DNA of 64,000 bases from Magallana gigas (taxonomy: Eukaryota): positions 46,872,001-46,936,000 of the forward strand of contig NC_088858.1 in NCBI RefSeq assembly GCF_963853765.1, written 5' to 3'. The position numbers were made by a program, and so were the translations under genes. The notes under the pieces were generated by a model that saw only the letters and a list, made by a program, of their open reading frames with translations, did no database searches and was not told where the DNA came from. Shown here piece by piece: positions 39,904-53,700 of this stretch (positions within the stretch are counted from its first letter, which is position 1; each line of letters starts with the position of its first letter).

Positions 39904-40095
39904 ATTCGCCAGTTACAGAGTTACATTTAAATGATACCATTTCGTTTTTGGACGCTGTTTCAGTGAAGAGCACTATATAGTTCTCTGGGTTGAAAGATCC
40001 AGATACAAATTGCTTTGAGGCCGAATCAATAGAATGTTTTGGTTCGCGACGGCATATCAACTGGCAGTTGGAACACTAAATCATGAATAATTAAG
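39904..40095 (+). other. Putative 5' UTR exon of the Roco-like gene
   Basis: Strong pyrimidine tract plus CAG at 39903 and AAG|GTAATG at 40095; the ATG-containing exon starts after an acceptor at ~42269. Confidence 0.35.
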
Positions 40096-40270
40096 GTAAT
40101 GTAGATCTACATACGTTTGCATGTGTTAAGTATGAGACTGTCATTCTAAACTATTCTCTTTAAAAGCTGTTAGGAAAAATGGCAGAAATCTGAACTATTA
40201 ACGCACGTTACATGTACTGATGTAGATAGAATGTTCTATCGTTAAAATGACAGATGCCCTACGGACCCGG

Positions 40271-40350
40271 CAGTCTGACTAAAGCCAGCCCCCACTAATT
40301 CACTACAACGAAGTGAATTATAATAGTAGGGGCTGGCTTTAGTCAGACTG
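40271..40350. mobile_element. 80-bp miniature inverted-repeat element with a 10-bp TSD
   Basis: Perfect 22-bp TIRs CAGTCTGACTAAAGCCAGCCCC; direct repeat ACGGACCCGG at 40261-40270 and 40351-40360. Confidence 0.9.
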
Positions 40351-40526
40351 ACGGACCCGGTTTAACGATACTGTGACCGTAGATTATTCTTTGCACTGAT
40401 GTAACCTAACGTTAACTGAGGCTTGTGTAAAATATGACATCAAAGACTGTCAAGCATATGCCTTTAATAGAACGTTATGTGAACATGTATCATGCATGGT
40501 TTTGAAAAGTATAAGATTAGTTACTT

Positions 40527-40794
40527 AGGCCTAAAATAAAAAATTGTGTGTTTAGGGTAACACTGATGAAAAAAGTAGGTTAGGTAGGTAGGGATTTTTT
40601 TTATTTTATCATTTTTTTTTCTGCATGAATTAATCCTTGGAATGTTTGTTTCTGCCATATTTAAAAACGGATTTTTAATAGAAATATTAAAAGTTCACAA
40701 TTGGATAAAAACAGACATCTAAAAATGGTAGGATAGGGGCATTTTTGTAGGTTAGGTCGGGTTACCCTTAACACACAACTTTTTTTTTAGGCCT
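40527..40794. mobile_element. MITE with AGGCCT termini (TTAA-type / Kolobok-like)
   Basis: TIRs AGGCCTAAAATAAAAAATTGTGTGTTTAGGGTAAC...GTTACCCTTAACACACAACTTTTTTTTTAGGCCT. Confidence 0.7.
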
Positions 40795-42305
40795 TAAAAG
40801 ATTTGCATCAGCTTATTATTATTAAAATTATTATTTAAAACAGATCAGCTGTAGGCTATATGATATGTCTTTTAATTGTAAATACTATTTTTCTAATCTT
40901 TATCTTCACTTAAATGTAATAATATTACTATTTCCTTTTCACTCTATTGAGGTTTTCTCTCCTCCACTTTTCTTTATCTTTTTAACTAGCAGCACCTTTT
41001 TAACTAGCAGCACACATTACTCAGAGTACCAGCTCAGAACTGAGGGCGCGAGTACGTAGTACGGAGCGATATATGAACATTTATAGATATCAAAAGGCAT
41101 GCACTTATTAGCTTTACTGGTATGGTACCAATATAGGGCCTTAAACTACGGCCCTGGAAGTTTGCGGCATAAAAAATAAATAGGAATTTTACCTAAGTTA
41201 CATTATACATATATATTATATGGCTTTGAGGGCTTTAAACAATAAAATGCATTCTGTGGTGATTGATGTGGGATATGAAGGTGGCGACATTGCAGAAAAA
41301 ATACATGTAACCTGCGTTAGATTTATATATCATATTATACTTGTAACAATAAAGAACATCATGTGATAAATGATCATTGTCAACAAATCGCTTCATGTCT
41401 ATATTATACTTGTCTTATATAAACTCTCTTGTTAATAATTCGTGCCAGCTGTAAGTATACCAAGTTGAAATCATCCTTTGAGGTTTGAGTTGAACGATGT
41501 ATGCCGAACTCAACATCATTATAGCTGATGATTAATGTAAAGGGGTGTGTTATAGCAATCAAATATTGCCAAAGAGGGCTGGTGTGTACGGTAATAAATT
41601 TTATTACACACCTTTTGGGTTTATTACACTTGGGTTGGCAAATTTTTGGTTTATATCGCACATGGCGGAAAAAGGAATATTTTCTTAAATACAATTAACA
41701 AAATTATCACATTTGTGACATAAAGAGAAAACTTGTTCAAAACTGTTATATATCTGAAACAAAGGGTAGCTGGTGTTTCATTACAATGGAAATTTGAGTT
41801 ATCTCCCTGTAGCTGCATACCTCACGTTAATTAAATAAATGTAGTAAACAAGCATTGTTTATATAAAGCGTTAAACTTTCTCTGTGGGGTTTAAATTTTT
41901 GACCAGAAATTCTCTACAAGATTATTCAGTAAGCAGCTGCAGAAACTATAATTTTATAAGCAAAGGTATTGCAAATTTGCTTTAATTAAAAATATTTGCA
42001 AAATAAGAAATCCAATTTTAGTTTCATGATAGGACTCTGCTACAACAGAGTTTTAGTACATATATTTCATTCAACAACATAGGAAAAAATCCTGATTTAA
42101 TTCATTACAAACTAATTAAAAGCAAAATGGGAGATATCTTATAAATTTGTTTCAAACTTAATTAGGATGTACAGGTATATAAACACATGTAGCTTTGTAA
42201 TTTCTGTTTCATGTCTCTATTGGTTCTCAGTACATGTACCTGATAAACAATTTTTTTTTCTCTTTCAGATTCCACTAATATAATAAAGCAAAGAAATTTT
42301 AAGAA

Positions 42306-45300
42306 ATGAAGAAGGGTAAAGGTAAAAAGAAGTCAGGGGGACCACCCCCTCCCCCGCCTCCTCCCATGATGGAGAGCAACATGGCCAGCAATAGCAATTT
42401 TGAGCAAGACTTAAACGTAATGGAAGCTCCCAGGGCAAAGAAAGTGGGCTTCAAAAATGTACAGGTATATTTAAGGAATAAGGAATCCTTCTTTGAGTAT
42501 TATAAGGTGATAATTTCGGTTGAGGCGTGGTCAAATCTAATAAAGCCTGAAGGGCTTTATGTTAGCATTCATTATAAACATATTCACTATAACCGTGTTT
42601 TACTGTAATTTGTTAGTTCGAGGAAAGAGAAGAGAAACAATCAGCTCCTCCACTACCCCCGCCCCCACCGCTTATGCAGCCCCAAGCTAGCAGCGCGCCA
42701 CCAAAGATTTCCTCAGAGGACCTCATCCTAGGCATGAAAAGACTGAAGAACATCAACCAAAGGATATCCCATAGTAAACCTTTTTAGATATACTAGTAGT
42801 CAACCAGATAAGAATATATATTATTCGTACAATTTTGATATACTGTGGAAGCACATTTTTTCATTGGATTAAAATTTTGTTTTTCTTACACCAAATAAAA
42901 TTTTGTAAACAGTTAATTTTGTCATATCGTAATCTCTAAAATTCATCATGTATCAACTTTGTACTCATTAAAATTTCATCATGGTTTTGATTTCTTTGAC
43001 TTATGCCACCTATATAGTGTACAGTGGTTATGGAAATAAATGGAAGAATTAATGCTTGACTGTTTCTTTTGATACATGTATCATCAATGTTTTATCACTT
43101 TTATTAATGATGTTTTTATTTTTACAGTTACAATATCTCGTGCAGAAATTTATGATAAATTCAAGGAGACTGATTTTATTCCCTTAGACTTCACATTAGT
43201 AAGTCAATTCACAAGAGCTAGGCAAGAGCATTTTTTAATGAGTCTTAAACGAGAACTACAGAAATGAAAAAAAGGTTCTAACACATCATGCTTAGTATAA
43301 TGCCATACTTCAGTAATTTAGTAGAAATAATATCATTTTATGGGGATTGACTTGCTTTAAATTTCAAAATTCTTATTCTCAAGATGCTTCTTTGATGAAT
43401 ATTTTTATGTAAATCTCTTTTAAAGTGCTTGCTGTAATCTAGTCCTTAATTAATTAAGCTTTATTTCAGACTGCTTTGTGGAAAGAAAGCCTTGGAAGCC
43501 AAAGCAGGATCTCGCACCTGAATCTGAGTGGGGTGGAGCAGCTGACAGACATGTTCTTTGCCGTGGCTGAATCACGAAATATCAAGCTACCTCATATGAC
43601 AAGTATCAACCTGAATGGTAAGAAAATTTTTGTCAGTTTTGAATTATGGTAGTCTATTCAAGAAATAAATGTTATATTGCTTTCCCATATAAATTATTCA
43701 ACAAATTTATTGTGTATGCATATCCTTAAAAATATTCCGAAATAGTAGCTATGCACCTGTAAGAAAAATAAACTGAAGAAAATTTAAATGTTTTAATAAC
43801 TTTGAATAATTTAGGTTGCAGCAACATAACTGACTTTAGTGTACTGCTGATTGCAAAGAACTTCCAGCAGGTCTCTGGAGTAAGTAATCCCTACAAGTCT
43901 TATAGAAATTGATCCCAACATGTCCCGTAAAAAAGTATCTCCAACAAGTCTCAAAGAAAGCATGGTATAATCCTAACAACTCTAATAGAAAATTTTCAAG
44001 AAGTCGTAAAATTGATCCCAACAAGTCCCAAAAGCAAGAAACTCCAACTAGTCCCATATATAAGTAATCCCAACAAGTCACAAATATTTTTTCCCAACAA
44101 GTCTCATTTAAGGATTCCCAGCGAGTCCCATAGAAAGGATTCCCACCAAGGCCCAAGTTCAATAAAGATTAACCTATTAAAGTCCCATGAAAATATTCAC
44201 AGCAATTTCCATAAAAAGGTATCCCAACAAGTCTTAAATAAAGCAATCTAGATTAGTCGCAATGAAAGAATATTCTTTCAACAAGTCCATTTCTCTCAAG
44301 GTATAACCAAAGCACACTATTTTAGAGACCAATTCAACCAAGTCTTCTCATTAAATGCATGTAGATCCCAACACGTTGTAGAAAGCAATTCATCCATTCA
44401 AGCCATCTCCGTGAAAATCCCAACTTAGCAATCCAACCATACAAGTGACGAAGAACTTTATCGATGAAAATTATGCATTAAAAATTTACTTACATAGTAC
44501 TTGATGAAAAAGAATGTTTTGACAGAATAAGTTTATGATTATCCCAGAAAACACATTACACACATAATTGATTATTATACTCCCATGGAATTGGAAACAT
44601 CACAATTTATACTTTTTGAGAAATCGAGAAAATCAAACACTGTGGAATTAAAATGACTTTCAGTATCTCTAGCATTGGCTTGATTATTAAATGCGTTGCT
44701 TTTTCTTAGATTACAATGAAGGGCTGTACAGAAATTACAGAGCGCTCCATCCATTACATCACTGATGGTAGCTTGAACCTACAAGATTGCCAGATGACAT
44801 CCTCCAAAGTCAGAGCCATTCCGCTCAAAATTGGTATGATGACAGCCTATAGATCTTAGTACTTGTCTCTGAAATTCTTCTAAACATGTTCACTTGGTTT
44901 ATTCCTTCAACGTCTACTTGACAAAACAAAAAACTCGCGTAAAATAAGGAATTACAGTAATTGTAATAGGCGCTTTTTACCTTACATTTCATGTACCCGT
45001 ACTTATTTTTAAATGAGATTAGAAAAAAGTTGTTATGAAAGAATCATATTTGATTTATTATATTTCCAGAGAAGTCCTTAGGTCTGTTCAACTTCAAATC
45101 ATGCCCCCTGATCTCTCCATCGACAGAAATGTACAGCACATCTCCCAACACTTTCATGCAGAAGTTCTCAGGCACACAAAGTAAGTTAGATGTGTAGTCA
45201 GGATTTCAATCATTTGACCAATTCAAAATTCAATATCTTCAATGTAAGGAATTTGACACCACATCTGCCAGATAAAAAAGGCACCACATCTAAGAAGATG

Positions 45301-46080
45301 ATCTTTAAAAGATTTAAGATAGGATTAAAGATACTGTGGAATCATTGAAATTCATGGGGGCCAATTTTTATGGATTACTTAAATTTTACAGGTTCGTAGG
45401 GATGTAATTTCGTGTATTTCATTACACCTAAAAAGGGAGATATGACTTTATAACCCAAATTTATTAATTCATGGAGGATGAAAATTTGTGGATGAGAGGT
45501 ACCCACGAAGTCCACTAAAATTGAGCCACCATGAAATATAATGATTCCCAAGTATTAAGTCATAGTCAAGTAACTTGGTTTTTTGAGGTTCAGGTTAAAT
45601 ATTGAGCAGTGGATTGATAAGCAGTGGTAAAGTGTTTTGTTTTATTTAAGTGGACAAAGAGGGGACTGCAATGCTGTATTTGGACAACTACAAAGTGGTC
45701 ATTTTGAATGAGTCAGGAAAACCCAGCATAGGGGAGAGAATCACGAGCAGTGCGAGTCCAGGGAAGGGCATGAAGACTTGGCTGGAATGGAAACCGAAAG
45801 AAGATGTCTCTGTCACTGTCAATCTGATCGAGATTTCGGAGCTGGTAGGTTTCCTTGTTTTACTCAAGTGTGTGTTTCGCAGAGAGTACACAAGAATGGG
45901 TAGACATGCTGAAAAGAAGAATTTTTTAAAATAAAAAATGGGATTTTTTTAAAGGATGACATTGAGTTAATTCCTTAATAAAATGGGTGGAGATACATGT
46001 AATACTGATGAGAAGATTTTACAAAGCAATAGTTCTGATGTGTGAAAAATAGGGTGAATTTTAGCTCACCTGAGCTAAAA

Positions 46081-46113
<33 letters not shown>

Positions 46114-46469
46114 CTTGTCTATCATCGTTGGCATTGTCATTGTAAACTTTTCACTTTTTCCTTTTTTTCTCCAGAACCACTGGGCAGATTTCAACCAAAC
46201 GTAGCACAAAGAAAATTTGTTGGTATTCTTCAAAAATCCTCTTCTATTAGGCCAGAAAAGCTCAAATTTGAAAATGATGGTCCCTGGGGGTAGGAAGGGG
46301 CGGGGGGGAGGGGGGGGGGAGAATTTTTACATAGGAACATATAGAGAAAATCTTTAAATATGTTCTGGGAAATTTTTCAGTCCAAAAAGCAGTAACTTAT
46401 GTGAATTTCGGGTTGTGCAGATTAAAGTTTGATCAAACCATGATTCCCTAGAAAAAAGTGGGGCCATAA

Positions 46470-46507
<38 letters not shown>

Positions 46508-47688
46508 GGGGGGTTATGTAGGAATAGAGAAAAATCTTTTTACAGGTACAACAACAAAAGGGACTTGGTATTTACCATAAGTTTGTGAATAAGATTCGGC
46601 AATTTTTAAATTTTTTTGAGCAAGATCTACTGTACTCAGTTGTCAAGATATTTTGATTTTGACACTGTAATGCTAATTTGATCAGAGTTAAGGCTATTGT
46701 TGCTCAGGTGAGCGATGTGGCCCCTGGGCCTCTTGTTAAAAAAAAGGCATCGATGCAATATCCATATAAGTTCATTCAAGATAAAGTAGAATCATATGAT
46801 TCAAAACATATTAAACACAGCAAGAATAAATGTATATAAGTACCCATGGTACAAACCTATTCAGGTAAATCCTTGTTCATGTTGAGTTTTAGCATTAGCC
46901 TTATTGTTATTTGCATGTACATGTAACACATGCTCTTTTATTGTTGCAGAGTTTTGAAGGATTAGTGTTAAGCAATGGAGGTGTTGTTATTATCCCATTC
47001 TCTGATAAGACACCTTCATACATCCAGAAAATGGCAAACACAATCCTGTCGGTTCTCAGCAAGGTATGGAACAGAAATATCATATGTACCATCATTATTT
47101 GAAGCCTCCAATTTCTGTTTATTTCATTAACTTCTTGAGATAAGGCCCATGAACAGCTAGAAAGCTAGCTCTACTGCTAAAGCAGACACTTTATATCTTG
47201 GCCGTCTTTTTGTAAGTGTGGTATTTTTCTACGTTCTTGCAACATTTTTAAAATGCTACTTGTTTTTCAAATATTCATATTTTAAATGCACCTTTCTATG
47301 GTTTTACCGGTAACTTTTTTTATGGATAATGAATTTGATTGAAATACTCCCGTTGGCAAATATAGAATTCTTGGTAGTTGTTTTTACTTTAAATTATTCT
47401 GTAATGAAAGTGATTTAAAGTGTACATGAAACATGTACATCATATTAATGTATATCCACTTACTTACTCTTAAATGCACCCTTGTATTCATGTGTTGATG
47501 TTTTTTTAGTATCCTGAAACAGGATTCATGATTTGTAATCCTGAGTACGATTCTTCCTCTGCCTCCCAACACAAATTGAAGGACATCATACACAAGGTCA
47601 AGGATGTTTTAACTGATGCCATGGAGAACCTTGTCAAAGAACAGGAAAAAGAGTGAGTAAAAATGACCCTGATTCTCTAACCCCATCT

Positions 47689-47757
<69 letters not shown>

Positions 47758-50700
47758 CTCCATTCACCCTATCATTGAGACAAAGGGTGATAAGACAAAA
47801 GTATAAAGTAGTTTTATCAAACCCACCCATCCCAGATATAGATATTACACTGCTATCGGTCTAGAAAAGTGCAAAAAATGGAGTAGCATTTAATACAAGT
47901 TTATCTTTCCTCTTTTATAGAATCAAAGACAAATGGAGACTGAATGAGTTTAGATTTCACGACCAGTTGGTATTCACAGCAGGAAAGAAACTTGTTCATT
48001 ATCTGAAAAAAATAATAGCTAGGGAACCCAAGTCCAAGGACTCACCGGAACTTCTCGCTTCCCTGATACTGGTCAGTGATTTATGCCAAAACATTTTGCA
48101 AATCACAAAATTTTTATCAATTTTTTTTTCATATACCAGTATGTATCTTCAGTCTGTAATTAGGGCCCCGCAAGGATTTGCGGGTGCCCTATAGTAATCA
48201 CTCTGTCCGTCCGTCCTTCTGTCCGTCCGTCCGTCTGTCACTCTTCCGTCCACAAATTTCCTGTTTTTTTCTAATAACTTTTTTTATGGTTGCCCAATCA
48301 AGTTCAAATTTGGTATGGTAGTTCAGTAGGCAGAAATACATATTTTGATGCTAAGTTTGGTTCTCTATGTCTTCTGGTTTGGAGCTGGGGTGGTGGGGTA
48401 GATTCCTAACTATGCATAAGAAGAATGGGCAAAGAGAGATAACTGCTGAGAATGAATGGGCAAAGAGAGATAACTGCTGAGAATGTTACCATTGTATACA
48501 TGGAAGGCTGTGCAATATTTGTCCTTTGGGATTAATTAACCTTCCACAGGAAGAAAATCCTAAGCTTTATCTTTATCTGTCACATTGAGATTAATTACTG
48601 CACTGCCTGTGTCTGCAAATGAACTTTGTTTTGAAGTTAAGGTCAATTTTGAATGATGTGTAGTATTGTGTACATTCTTTGAAATATGGATTTGAAATAT
48701 AATATTCATATTTTTTTTGGTTAAAATACCGTACACAATGATTTATGATAGTTTTATTAAATAGAGGCAAAGCCTAGGTATCATTGCATTGGTATCAATT
48801 CTTTGTTTTTTTAACAAATTTTATTTCATCCCATGTTAACCCACTTTATCCCGTGGATATGACTCATTGGATATTTTTTTGATATTCCACAGTTGTGACT
48901 TTACAATGGGATTTGCCTAGGCATAATGAAGTAAAAATAATGTAGAGTTTTATAAACGGTGTAAACATTGATTGCGGTGTATAAAATATGGGATAAATAG
49001 AATCTCATGATTTGTAGTATAATATGATTTTTATCCAACTTGTATGTTTTATCCCCTCACTAAGGCTCAAGAAAAAAACACTTTAATTGTTGGATGAAAA
49101 TCATATCCAACTACAAATCACGAGATCCTATATATTCCAGTTCTTTACATCTTCTGTCGGGCATTTATTTTTCATCATTGTTAATATAAAGAGGATGGAA
49201 TTCAAAGTTTTTTTCACTTCTCTATATTAATTGTCATAGCGGGGCCCTTCCTGACTGGTCAGTTTTCTAGTTGTCTATTAACTTGGCTTTATATATGGCA
49301 TAGTGTCTTACAGACTGTTTCCTAACCTGTCTTTGATAGGACAAGGAGAAGAACTGTTGCAATGATTTCCTTTAGCCTTTTGTTTTATAGGACAATAAAG
49401 AGCAGCATTGTCCAATGACCTCTATTTGGTAGGACAAAGAGGAACAGTGTTTTAGTGATTGTCTATTGATTTCTGTTTTGTTAGACGAAGAGGAGTAGTG
49501 TTTCAGTGATCGTTTTTATTGGACAAGAGGGGCAGAGTTATAATGATTGTCTTTTTACCTGTTTTGTAGGACAACGAGGAGCAATGTTTTATCTATTTGT
49601 ATGTCACTCTTTGTCTATTTACCTCTGTTTTGTAGAAAAGAGGGAAGCAATGTTTCAGTGATTGTCTATGAGCTCTGATCTGTAGGAAAACAGTGAGAAG
49701 CAATGTTTCTGTGATTGTCTATGAGCTCTGATCTGTAGGAAAACAGTGAGAAGCAATGTTTCTGTGATTGTCTATTGACCTCTGCTTTGTAGGAGGACAG
49801 TGAGGAGCAATGTTTTAGTGATTGTCTTTTGACCTTTGTTTTGTAGGACAGAGGGAAGCAATTTTTTAGTGATTATCTATTGACATCTGCTTTGTAGGAG
49901 GACAGTGAGGAACAATGTTTTAGTGATTGTCTATTGACCTCTGTTTTAGGAACAGTGAGAAGCAATGCTTTCATGGTTGTCTATTGACCTCTGTTTTGTA
50001 GAACAATGAGGAACAATGTTTTTGTGATTATCTATTTACCTCTGTTTTGTAGGAGGACTGTGAGGAGCAATGTTTTAGTAATTGTGCATTGATCTCTGTT
50101 TTGGAGCAGTGAGGAGTAATGTTTTAGTAATTGTGCATTTATCTCTGTTTTGGAACAGTGAGGAGCAATGTTTAAGTGACATTCTATTGATCTCTGTTTT
50201 GTAGGAGGACCGTGAGGAGCAATGTTTTAGTGATTGTGTATTGACCTCTGTTTTGTAGAACAATGAGGAGCAATGTTTTAGTAATTGTCTTTCGATGTAT
50301 GTTTACTGAATGTCTGTTGACCTCTGTTTTGTAGGACAAAGAGAAGCAGTGTTTTAGTAAATTGTTTCTGACGTATGTTTACTGATTGTCTGTTTTGTAG
50401 GACAAAGAGGAGCAATGTTTTAGTGCCATCAGTAATGTGATTCAGGCTGTTCAGGACCACTATCCTTGGCATGTGTTTCATTATTTTGCTCCTGTGAAGA
50501 AACTCTTTCAAACACCTTTATTGACTAAGCAGAAACAGCTGGACATTTTCAAAGGAAACTTTGGCTACCTGAAGACTCTGATCACAACTTTGGAAACACC
50601 AACTCTCTCCAACCTGAACATGAAGGATCCCTACAAAGAAATGATTCAAGTCCTTGGTCTTAGATTTGAGAGGGTGAGTCTGTACAGAGCTTATGTTGTA

Positions 50701-53700
50701 GTTTCGAAGAATTCAAAATATTATATTGAAAAATTATAAAACCAATTTTAGGAACATATTGATGATAAAATCCTTACTTTTTTTGAATTACTGTAGATTC
50801 CTTAATATTTTACACAAATACTTAATTCTGCAATTTAACAGTTTTGCATTGTATCGTGAGAATATGAAATTGCAAATACCAAATTTTTATCATAGTTTAA
50901 TTTATGAATATCTAGAGTATGAGAAAGATTGTTGTAGACTGGGATTAGAATTTAAGATATTTATTTGTATACAGTACTAATATCAAAGGTATTCCCTGTA
51001 ACGCCTCATTCACAATGCATTAATTTGGTATCAAATGAAAAAAAATTTGGTCACAATCACATATGATATCATTTTTTTTGTCAGGGAATGAGCGTTTTCT
51101 TTCCGGACATTAGTGGGAACCCCTGTATGGCAAGTTTCTCTGAACTTGAATATCTTCTCACCGGGATGATGGAGAACCCCCCAGATAAGAAGGGATTTAT
51201 CAAGGGATTAGGGATTTCTGTTCCTTGTTACAGAAGGGATGATATAAAAGTGATATTTGGACAGAGTATGAAGGTATCTATGGAAATATCTCAACAAACT
51301 GTAATTCAGATTAACACATCAATGTGTCTTGTTAAATTTAATAACAAGAAAATTTTTTTTCTTGATCTGTGTATTTATATAGATTTTATTTGATTGGACA
51401 TAAGTTCTGAAAAATTATGTCAATGGAAAACCATCTATTTCATTTGCATAGACATTATACTTTATAGCAAAAGCTTTTTTTATTTTAAAGTATATATGCA
51501 GCATATTAATATGATTAATGCATATTTTTTATATTGTTTGATCCTTGTTTTCCAAACAACAAGACAGATTTGATCCACAAATCCTGCATGCAAAATTGCT
51601 GATATTTTCTTTTTCAGACAAAGGTTACATTTAAAGGAATTCAGCTATCTGAAAGGGTAATTATATTAATACATATATTTTTGGATCAACAATTAAAAGG
51701 TAGATCCTTGCTTTTATTGTAGATGAGATCCAGAAAATTAGAAGGTGGAGATCAACTGGAGCAGGTACAATTTTTACTCCTAGTTTAAGTTGCAGGGCAT
51801 CAATTCTCAAGAGCATGCAAATTTGTGTATTTTACCCCAATGTTGATTTATGTAGTCATGTATGCAGTCATGTTCACTGTAGATCACCAGATTTTTTTTG
51901 GGGGGGGGCGCAACATTCATGGATTTTGTTGGTACCAGGTATCACTTACAAAGTAACATTACAATGAATACCTGTATATACTGTTATACAGGTCAACATA
52001 TTGTTTACGGCTACTTGGATAAAATGTTCAGTAATTGGTTTTCTATACCTCTGCCAAAGCATGGGGTTAGAAAACGTTTTCTATACCCCTGCCAAAGCAT
52101 GGGGTTAGAAAATTCGCATCTCAGAAGATGAAAATCACAATCCATTATTTATTAAGTGAGATCCTACATTTACTCTATGATAAAAAATTATTCATTGGAA
52201 TCTATTTGTAGGTGGACTTATTCATTGAAATTCTGGAGAGTGCAGGCTGTCTGCTCAAGTTCCCATGTGACCTGAGGGGCCCAGGATTCGAGGACAGCAT
52301 AGCTTATGTTCTCTTCACAGACATTCCCTCCCACCCCCCTGTACCTCTGGTATGTAATAAAAAACTCAAAGTCAGAAAAGTTTCTTGTCTTACAAACTGT
52401 ATTATTCTAGAACTATCCTGAAGTGAAATCATCATAGTTAACTCTCTACTAAAGTGGCTTGATTAATTAAGTCTTTAATACTGTGGTTTCATCAATATTC
52501 AAGGGTATCAATTTTCGTGGATAAAGTGAAAATCACAGTTTCAAGGATACGTAAATTCGTGGCTGATGATCCTATCAATACAAAATGTTAGTGGAGACTG
52601 CACTTCAATGAACATTAAATTTCATGGACCAACCTTACAACGAAATCCACGAAAATTGATATTCAACGAATATTGATGAAACCACAATGTCTGAGCACCA
52701 ACACATGAGATGACCCTTTTCTATGGCAAACATGAACTTGTAATGATTTACAGCACATTACAGAATATCTGTACTCTAAACCATCTTTTATTTGCGAGTG
52801 AACAAATTTCCCGATGTTCGCGAGAGCCTCATTGTTGTTAATATTTCTCGCCAATAACCAGCCCTTGTCAAATGGTTCTGTCAACCACACAGCTCTGGAC
52901 TTATTTGTGAAAATTAGTTGTTGCGAGCCAGTTTATTTCCAGTAAACTGCGTAAATATCGTCGCAAATAAAAGTTGGTTTACAGTACCAGTAAAGTTTTC
53001 AATAGCTTGTTGGATTGCTCAATAGGGTACTGTAGATTCCAAATTAATCATGAGAAATTAATATTTGTGTAAATTCACGGAAAAATTTACCTTTCAAAAT
53101 TTAAAATCACCCTTTTGTTTTTCAGACAGGTGTAAACTAAGTAAACCTTAGAAAAAAAAAGGCATTTGCGTTATAATATTTTTGTAATTATATGCAAAAC
53201 CGAATTGCGGAATTAAGTACTTGCTTAAAATAAGGCATCTACAGTATAGAATTTGGTCTGCCAAGTATCATATTAGGTCTAAATCTAGGTCTTTATAAAG
53301 TTTTTTTGCTGTGATTTTACAGGAAAATTACTGGCCTGAGCAGCTGCCAAAGAGACAATTACAGGCTCAGAAGTTTTACCGCTTTGCTGCTTTACCGCCA
53401 GACTTCATGAGTACTCTACTTGGGTAGGTTAACATAAAACTCTAAAAAGGGGTTCATACATGTAATTTGATTTAAACTTGAGTTCCATAGCTATTTAAAT
53501 ATTTGAAACACAAGAGTCTTGTCAAATGCCTCTTGAAATAAAAACAAAGATGTAGGAGTGATTGTTTGTGAAAACGAAGTTGTATGGTTAATGAGATATT
53601 TTAGAACATAAATTGATCCTTGCATCAGGATTATATAGTTGTTATTTGATGGTTCTTTTAGTGAGTTCTCCAACCTTCTCCAATTTACCCTGCTTTGGAA

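Noticed and set aside
43836-44251. 108-aa and 79-aa ORFs in the Roco-like intron
   Set aside because: Produced by the ATCCCAACAAGTC degenerate repeat.
49320-50425. CRISPR-like appearance of regularly spaced repeats
   Set aside because: Eukaryotic intron; contiguous degenerate units without unique spacers; no cas genes. The minus-strand ORFs here are repeat artefacts.
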